Shown: positions 12,310 to 15,300 of the stretch, in pieces | Layout: each line of letters begins with the position of its first letter | Numbering within the stretch: the first letter of the stretch is position 1 | Source: Anaerolineales bacterium | GTDB lineage: Bacteria; Chloroflexota; Anaerolineae; Anaerolineales; Villigracilaceae | NCBI GenBank assembly: GCA_044222305.1 | Contig: JBGANO010000015.1 | Span: forward strand, 1-15,300 | Reading direction: 5' to 3' | DNA: 15,300 nt | Made by a program: the position numbers and the translations under genes | Notes under the pieces: model-generated | Seen by the model: the letters and a program-made list of their open reading frames with translations, nothing else | Database searches by the model: none | Told to the model about the DNA's origin: nothing

Positions 12310-13131
12310 CTACGGCCTCAATCGGTTGAAATTTCTCCGCGCAAACAATGTGATCCCCGCCGCGGCAGAGACGTTCAACGACTCCACTTTTTGATTAATG
12401 GGGATACTAACCTTCAAGTTCGCGGCGTTTTCGATCTCAAGCGAGCATCCCTCTTTTTCATTGCCGAAGACAATCAGCAATCGCTCAGGGATGGATGCGA
12501 TCTCATCCACCGTTTTTTCTGCGTCCGCAGATGTGACCAGCAAAGTTTGTTTGTTTTGTGCGCAATAGTCAATCAATTGACTTGTTGTCGCAGTCATTAC
12601 GGGCAAAGTAAACAGATAGCCCCTGCTCGCGCGGATCAACCTGCGGTCGTAAATATCGAGCGGATCCATGTTCAGCAGGATCATCCCGCCCACGCCCAAC
12701 GCCAACGACGTGCGGATGATGTTGCCGATGTTGCCCGAAATGCTCACATCTTCCAGCACAACCACATCCTTAGTGATGCTCTTCAATTTTTCCAATCCGA
12801 TGGGTTTGGGAGCCTCGGCGATGGCGAAGATACGCGAGAGTTTGTCGTTCTCGAACAGTTTCTTTGTCGTCCGCTTTGCCACCTCATGGATGGTCGCGCC
12901 TGCTGTGAGTTTCTTTCGCAGGGTTTCCGAAATTACATCGTCGCCCGAAAAATAAACGGATTCAATTTCAATCCCTGCCTCGAGGGCTTGCAGGATATTT
13001 TCCTCGTCGTCAATGATGATCTGGTTGAGTTCGCGCCGTCCCTCGCGCGTGAGCAGTTTGCGGATGGGTCCCGCGAGGGGATGATTAAGGGAATCAACGA
13101 GGAAGGGGTTGTTTTCGGAGGGTTCGTTCAT
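12310..13131 (-). CDS. SPOUT (SpoU/TrmH) RNA 2'-O-methyltransferase that most resembles thiostrepton/nosiheptide-resistance 23S rRNA A1067 methyltransferases (Tsr/NHR).
   Basis: 273 aa. SPOUT motifs: VVVLEDVSISGNIGNIIRTSLALG, YDRRLIRASRGYLFTLPV, LLIVFGNEKEG, SIPINQKVESLNVSAAAGI. These closely parallel Streptomyces azureus Tsr as I recall it ([70 protein letters not shown]). The size is similar and there is an N-terminal L30e-like domain. SPOUT membership is firm. The specific substrate is an inference. Confidence 0.8.
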   Translation of the reverse strand: MNEPSENNPFLVDSLNHPLAGPIRKLLTREGRRELNQIIIDDEENILQALEAGIEIESVYFSGDDVISETLRKKLTAGATIHEVAKRTTKKLFENDKLSRIFAIAEAPKPIGLEKLKSITKDVVVLEDVSISGNIGNIIRTSLALGVGGMILLNMDPLDIYDRRLIRASRGYLFTLPVMTATTSQLIDYCAQNKQTLLVTSADAEKTVDEIASIPERLLIVFGNEKEGCSLEIENAANLKVSIPINQKVESLNVSAAAGITLFARRNFNRLRP

Positions 13132-13173
13132 GGTTGAGATAATATGCGGTTACAGAGAGAGTGTCAAGAAGAA

Positions 13174-13320
13174 ATCCCGAAGGGATGGTAGGTTTATAGA
13201 ATTACGTCAAGCCAAAACACAATCCCGAAGGGATGACATGATTCCCCATTACGTTATGACACCCCTTCGGGGTTGATAAAAATCATGTCGGAATCTATAA
13301 TCCTTTCACTCCTTCGGAGT
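13174..13320. repeat. Nested palindrome of four ~30-nt units, each carrying a CCCGAAGGG or CCYYTTCGGRG mini-hairpin (orientation + + - -).
   Basis: ATCCCGAAGGGAT at 13174-13186 and 13222-13234, ACCCCTTCGGGGT at 13261-13273, ACTCCTTCGGAGT at 13308-13320. The flanks of unit 1 (..GGTAGGTTTATAGAAT) pair with those of unit 4 (..ATCTATAATCCTTTCAC), and the flanks of unit 2 (GGGATGACAT) pair with those of unit 3 (ATGACACCCC). Confidence 0.65.
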
Positions 13321-13328
13321 TTCAATTC

Positions 13329-13994
13329 ATGAACCTGATTTTTCAAGACAAGCACATTCTGGTTATAAACAAGCCCGCAGGGATTCCCGTCCTGCCTGAC
13401 GGGTGGGAGAAGGATTCGCTGTATTTGGTGAAGATGCTGGAAGAGGAATTCGGGAACCCTTCGACAGGCTCAGGGCAACGGCTGTGGGTTGTTCACCGCT
13501 TGGACAAAATCACCAGCGGAGTGATGGTCTTTGCGCGGGAGGCGGAGAGTCACCGCGCGTTGAATATGCAGTTCGAGAATCACGAGGTGGAGAAGGTCTA
13601 TCACGCGATCGTGGAGGGGAATCCAAGGTGGGAGGAGAAAACGGCGAAGCATCCGTTGCGAGTCAATGTGGGGCATAAACATCGGACGGTGGTGGACGAC
13701 AGGAACGGGAAATCGTCGGAGACGCGATTCAGGCTGAGGAAACTGTATCAATCGTCGGCGTTGGTCGAAGCGATGCCGACGACGGGAAGAACGCATCAGG
13801 TGCGAGTCCATGCAAAAGCGTTGGGGCATCCGCTTGTGGGGGATGTCCTGTATGGCGCGGCGGAGTCGAAAGTCATTGGACGCCCCGCACTGCATGCGTG
13901 GTCGTTGACGTTCACGCATCCAATTACTGATGAAAGACTCACATTCAAAGCGGAATACCCGCAGGATTTTGCCACCGCGTTGAAACTTTTGTAA
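13329..13994 (+). CDS. RluA-family pseudouridine synthase (no S4 domain).
   Basis: 221 aa. Motifs ILVINKPAG, HRLDKITSGVMVFA (catalytic Asp), KVYHAIVEG, TGRTHQVRVHAKALGHPLVGDVLYG and LHAW. Confidence 0.9.
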   Translation: MNLIFQDKHILVINKPAGIPVLPDGWEKDSLYLVKMLEEEFGNPSTGSGQRLWVVHRLDKITSGVMVFAREAESHRALNMQFENHEVEKVYHAIVEGNPRWEEKTAKHPLRVNVGHKHRTVVDDRNGKSSETRFRLRKLYQSSALVEAMPTTGRTHQVRVHAKALGHPLVGDVLYGAAESKVIGRPALHAWSLTFTHPITDERLTFKAEYPQDFATALKLL

Positions 13995-14032
13995 GTTGAA
14001 GGCGTTCGGTTTCTTGTGGTATCCTTCGCCCG

Positions 14033-14887
14033 ATGATTCCAAACCCTTCGACTTCGCTCAGGACAGGCTTGCCCCGCCTCGATATTTTGCCCATCGAAAG
14101 TTTGATCTTGCATGAAGACCACGACGCGCAGAGGAGCGCGCCGCTGATCGAGAAGTTGCGCGGCGCGGGCGTGTTGCGAAACCCTCCGATCGTGATGCCG
14201 CTGACAGATGGCACGGAACGATACATGGTGCTGGACGGCGCGAACCGAGTCACTTCGTTGCATGAGTTGGAATTTCCACACCTCGTGGCGCAGGTGGTGG
14301 AAGCGGACGATCAAAATGTAAATTTGCAAACGTGGAACCACGTTGTCTGGGGGATGAGCGCGAAGTCGTTGATGAGCGAGCTTCGCAAACTGAAAGGCGT
14401 GGATGTTGTAAAAGTCGACCCGCATAAATCGGTGGACGCGCCGAAGTACGCGCCTGTCAACGCGCGCCTGCCCGACGGGAAATTGTATTTGCTCCTGGAA
14501 GACCCCACCGACCTTGCGAATCATATCGCCACCCTTCATGCGATTGTGAACGCGTACAAAACCTCCGCGTCGCTCGACCGCACCAGCCAGACGTTGATCG
14601 AACCGTTCCGCGAAGTACACAAAGACCTGACCGCGCTGATCATCTTTCCGCGGTTTAAGATTCGCACTTTGCTCAAACTTGCGGGGCGAAAGATCGTCCT
14701 GCCTACCGGCATCACGCGCTTCACGGTTTCGCCGCGCACGTTGCATTTGAATTATCCACTGCACGAGTTATCGAGCGGCAAGCCGATTGAATACAAAAGA
14801 GAATATCTCAAGAAGTGGGTGGACGAGCGCGTGATGAAGAAGGGCGTTCGTTTGTATGCCGAAGCGACGTTTTTGTTTGATGAGTGA
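14033..14887 (+). CDS. ParB/Sulfiredoxin-fold protein that resembles SbnI/SerK-type free L-serine kinases.
   Basis: 284 aa. IESLILHED..PPIVMPLTDGTERYMVLDGANRVTSLHELEFPHLVAQVV..LQTWNHVV parallels S. aureus SbnI as I recall it (IDLHE..HPILVTAMQHGRYMVIDGVHRYTSLKALG..ISTWQHKV). C-terminal LPTGITRFTVSPRTLHLNYPLHEL parallels VPAGVTRFNISGRCLNLQVPLALL. The start is uncertain: codons 4-12 are repeat-derived, and an in-frame TTG at 14069 has AGGA 5 nt upstream. Confidence 0.65.
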   Translation: MIPNPSTSLRTGLPRLDILPIESLILHEDHDAQRSAPLIEKLRGAGVLRNPPIVMPLTDGTERYMVLDGANRVTSLHELEFPHLVAQVVEADDQNVNLQTWNHVVWGMSAKSLMSELRKLKGVDVVKVDPHKSVDAPKYAPVNARLPDGKLYLLLEDPTDLANHIATLHAIVNAYKTSASLDRTSQTLIEPFREVHKDLTALIIFPRFKIRTLLKLAGRKIVLPTGITRFTVSPRTLHLNYPLHELSSGKPIEYKREYLKKWVDERVMKKGVRLYAEATFLFDE

Positions 14888-14893
14888 AATGCA

Positions 14894-14960
14894 AGAGACT
14901 AGAGATTAGAGAATAGAGAATAGTGGACTAGAGAATTAGAGAACTAGAGAATTAGAGGAT
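14894..14960 (+). repeat. Short-period array: 5 heptamers (AGAGANT) then 4 octamers (TAGAGAAY).
   Basis: agagact agagatt agagaat agagaat agtggac | tagagaat tagagaac tagagaat tagaggat. It starts 7 nt after stop TGA 14885-14887. Confidence 0.75.
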
Positions 14961-15096
14961 TTGTCGCCACGCATCGTCCCGACACCGCACCTGTGGTGGG
15001 TGCAAGTGCGCTCATTGGGAGTGAGCGCAGAGAACTTTGAGTTTTTGTCCTTGAACATCTATGACGACTCTCTTTGACCATTGAACTGTTCAACTC

Positions 15097-15179
15097 GGGA
15101 CTTTCGCTTTTACTGCTCCAAGAGACCGTCGCTTTGCTGGCAAACACGGCGGTCACAGACGACCTGCGAGCGAAAGCCC
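15097..15179 (+). other. Candidate structured RNA or leader element with nested helices. The strand is not established.
   Basis: Outer helix GGG(A)CTTTCGC (15097-15107) / GCGAAAGCCC (15170-15179) has 10 bp with one bulge. Inner helix GACCGTCG (15124-15131) / CGGCGGTC (15147-15154) is capped by TTTG-CTGG-CAAA. It lies 43 nt upstream of a possible ATG. Confidence 0.3.
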
Positions 15180-15185
15180 TACAAT

Positions 15186-15221
15186 TATCAAACTACTGAA
15201 CTATCAAACTATCAAACTACC
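15186..15221 (+). repeat. Degenerate octamer array x4.5 (TATCAAAC) abutting an ATG.
   Basis: tatcaaac tactgaac tatcaaac tatcaaac tacc, followed directly by ATG 15222. Confidence 0.7.
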
Positions 15222-15300
15222 ATGGATTTCTTTTTTTCCGAAGATAACTTAAAACGCATGACGCCTGTGGAGACGCGGATCACGTCGCTGACGGCGGAGC
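15222..15300 (+). CDS. Possible 5' end of an ORF running off the window (MDFFFSEDNLKRMTPVETRITSLTAE..). Product unknown.
   Basis: The frame is open from ATG 15222 to the window end. There is no SD, but the same short-period-array-then-ATG layout is seen at 4014 and 5750. Only 26 codons are visible. Confidence 0.3.
   Translation, partial: MDFFFSEDNLKRMTPVETRITSLTAE

Noticed and set aside
12310-13994. A thiopeptide or other RiPP biosynthetic cluster adjacent to the Tsr-like methyltransferase.
   Set aside because: The neighbours are a META lipoprotein, RluA and a ParB/Srx protein. No precursor peptide, YcaO, dehydratase or cyclase genes are in the window.
15097-15179. Assignment of the nested structure to the c-di-GMP-I (GEMM-I) riboswitch class.
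   Set aside because: Only two short strings (GGCAAAC, GCGAAAGCC) resemble conserved segments. The expected tetraloop/receptor hairpins and ACGCACAGG-type 5' segment are not evident, so this cannot be supported without an Infernal scan.
3964-15221. Short tandem arrays considered as CRISPR arrays.
   Set aside because: The units are 7-10 nt and contiguous with no spacers, there are no 24-48-nt direct repeats, and there are no cas genes.

Overview
This is a bacterial chromosomal segment. The lipobox and Pro/Thr-linker lipoproteins, plus very dense small intergenic repeats, suggest a Chloroflexota/Anaerolineae-like genome, but that is a low-confidence inference from memory. Gene order: (1) a head-to-tail array of three paralogous secreted lipoprotein genes (FG-GAP/VCBS-like DxNxDG repeats plus a TPR-like C-terminal module), with the first copy decayed; (2) an orphan AbrB/SpoVT-type antitoxin; (3) a GMC-family FAD oxidoreductase; (4) kynureninase; (5) a SIMPL/DUF541 protein; (6) a META-domain lipoprotein (-); (7) a three-gene ABC-2 exporter operon (ATPase plus two permeases); (8) a second META lipoprotein paralog (-); (9) a SPOUT rRNA 2'-O-methyltransferase resembling thiostrepton-resistance Tsr (-); (10) an RluA-family pseudouridine synthase; (11) a ParB/Srx-fold protein resembling the SbnI/SerK free serine kinases; (12) a hairpin-rich non-coding stretch and the start of another ORF. 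The best candidate for something undescribed is the lipoprotein array. About 610 nt junction modules (3' end of one gene, spacer, 5' end of the next) are near-identical and GC-rich, while the roughly 290-aa cores are AT-rich and strongly diverged. The second notable signal is a set of 'drifting' 7-, 8- and 10-nt degenerate tandem arrays. They fill spacers right up to start codons, form the C-terminal tail of one CDS, and sit in frame inside kynureninase. At least four families of palindromic REP/MITE-like elements occupy most remaining spacers, and half-copies are translated inside two CDSs. No rRNA, tRNA, CRISPR array, transposase or integrase was seen.
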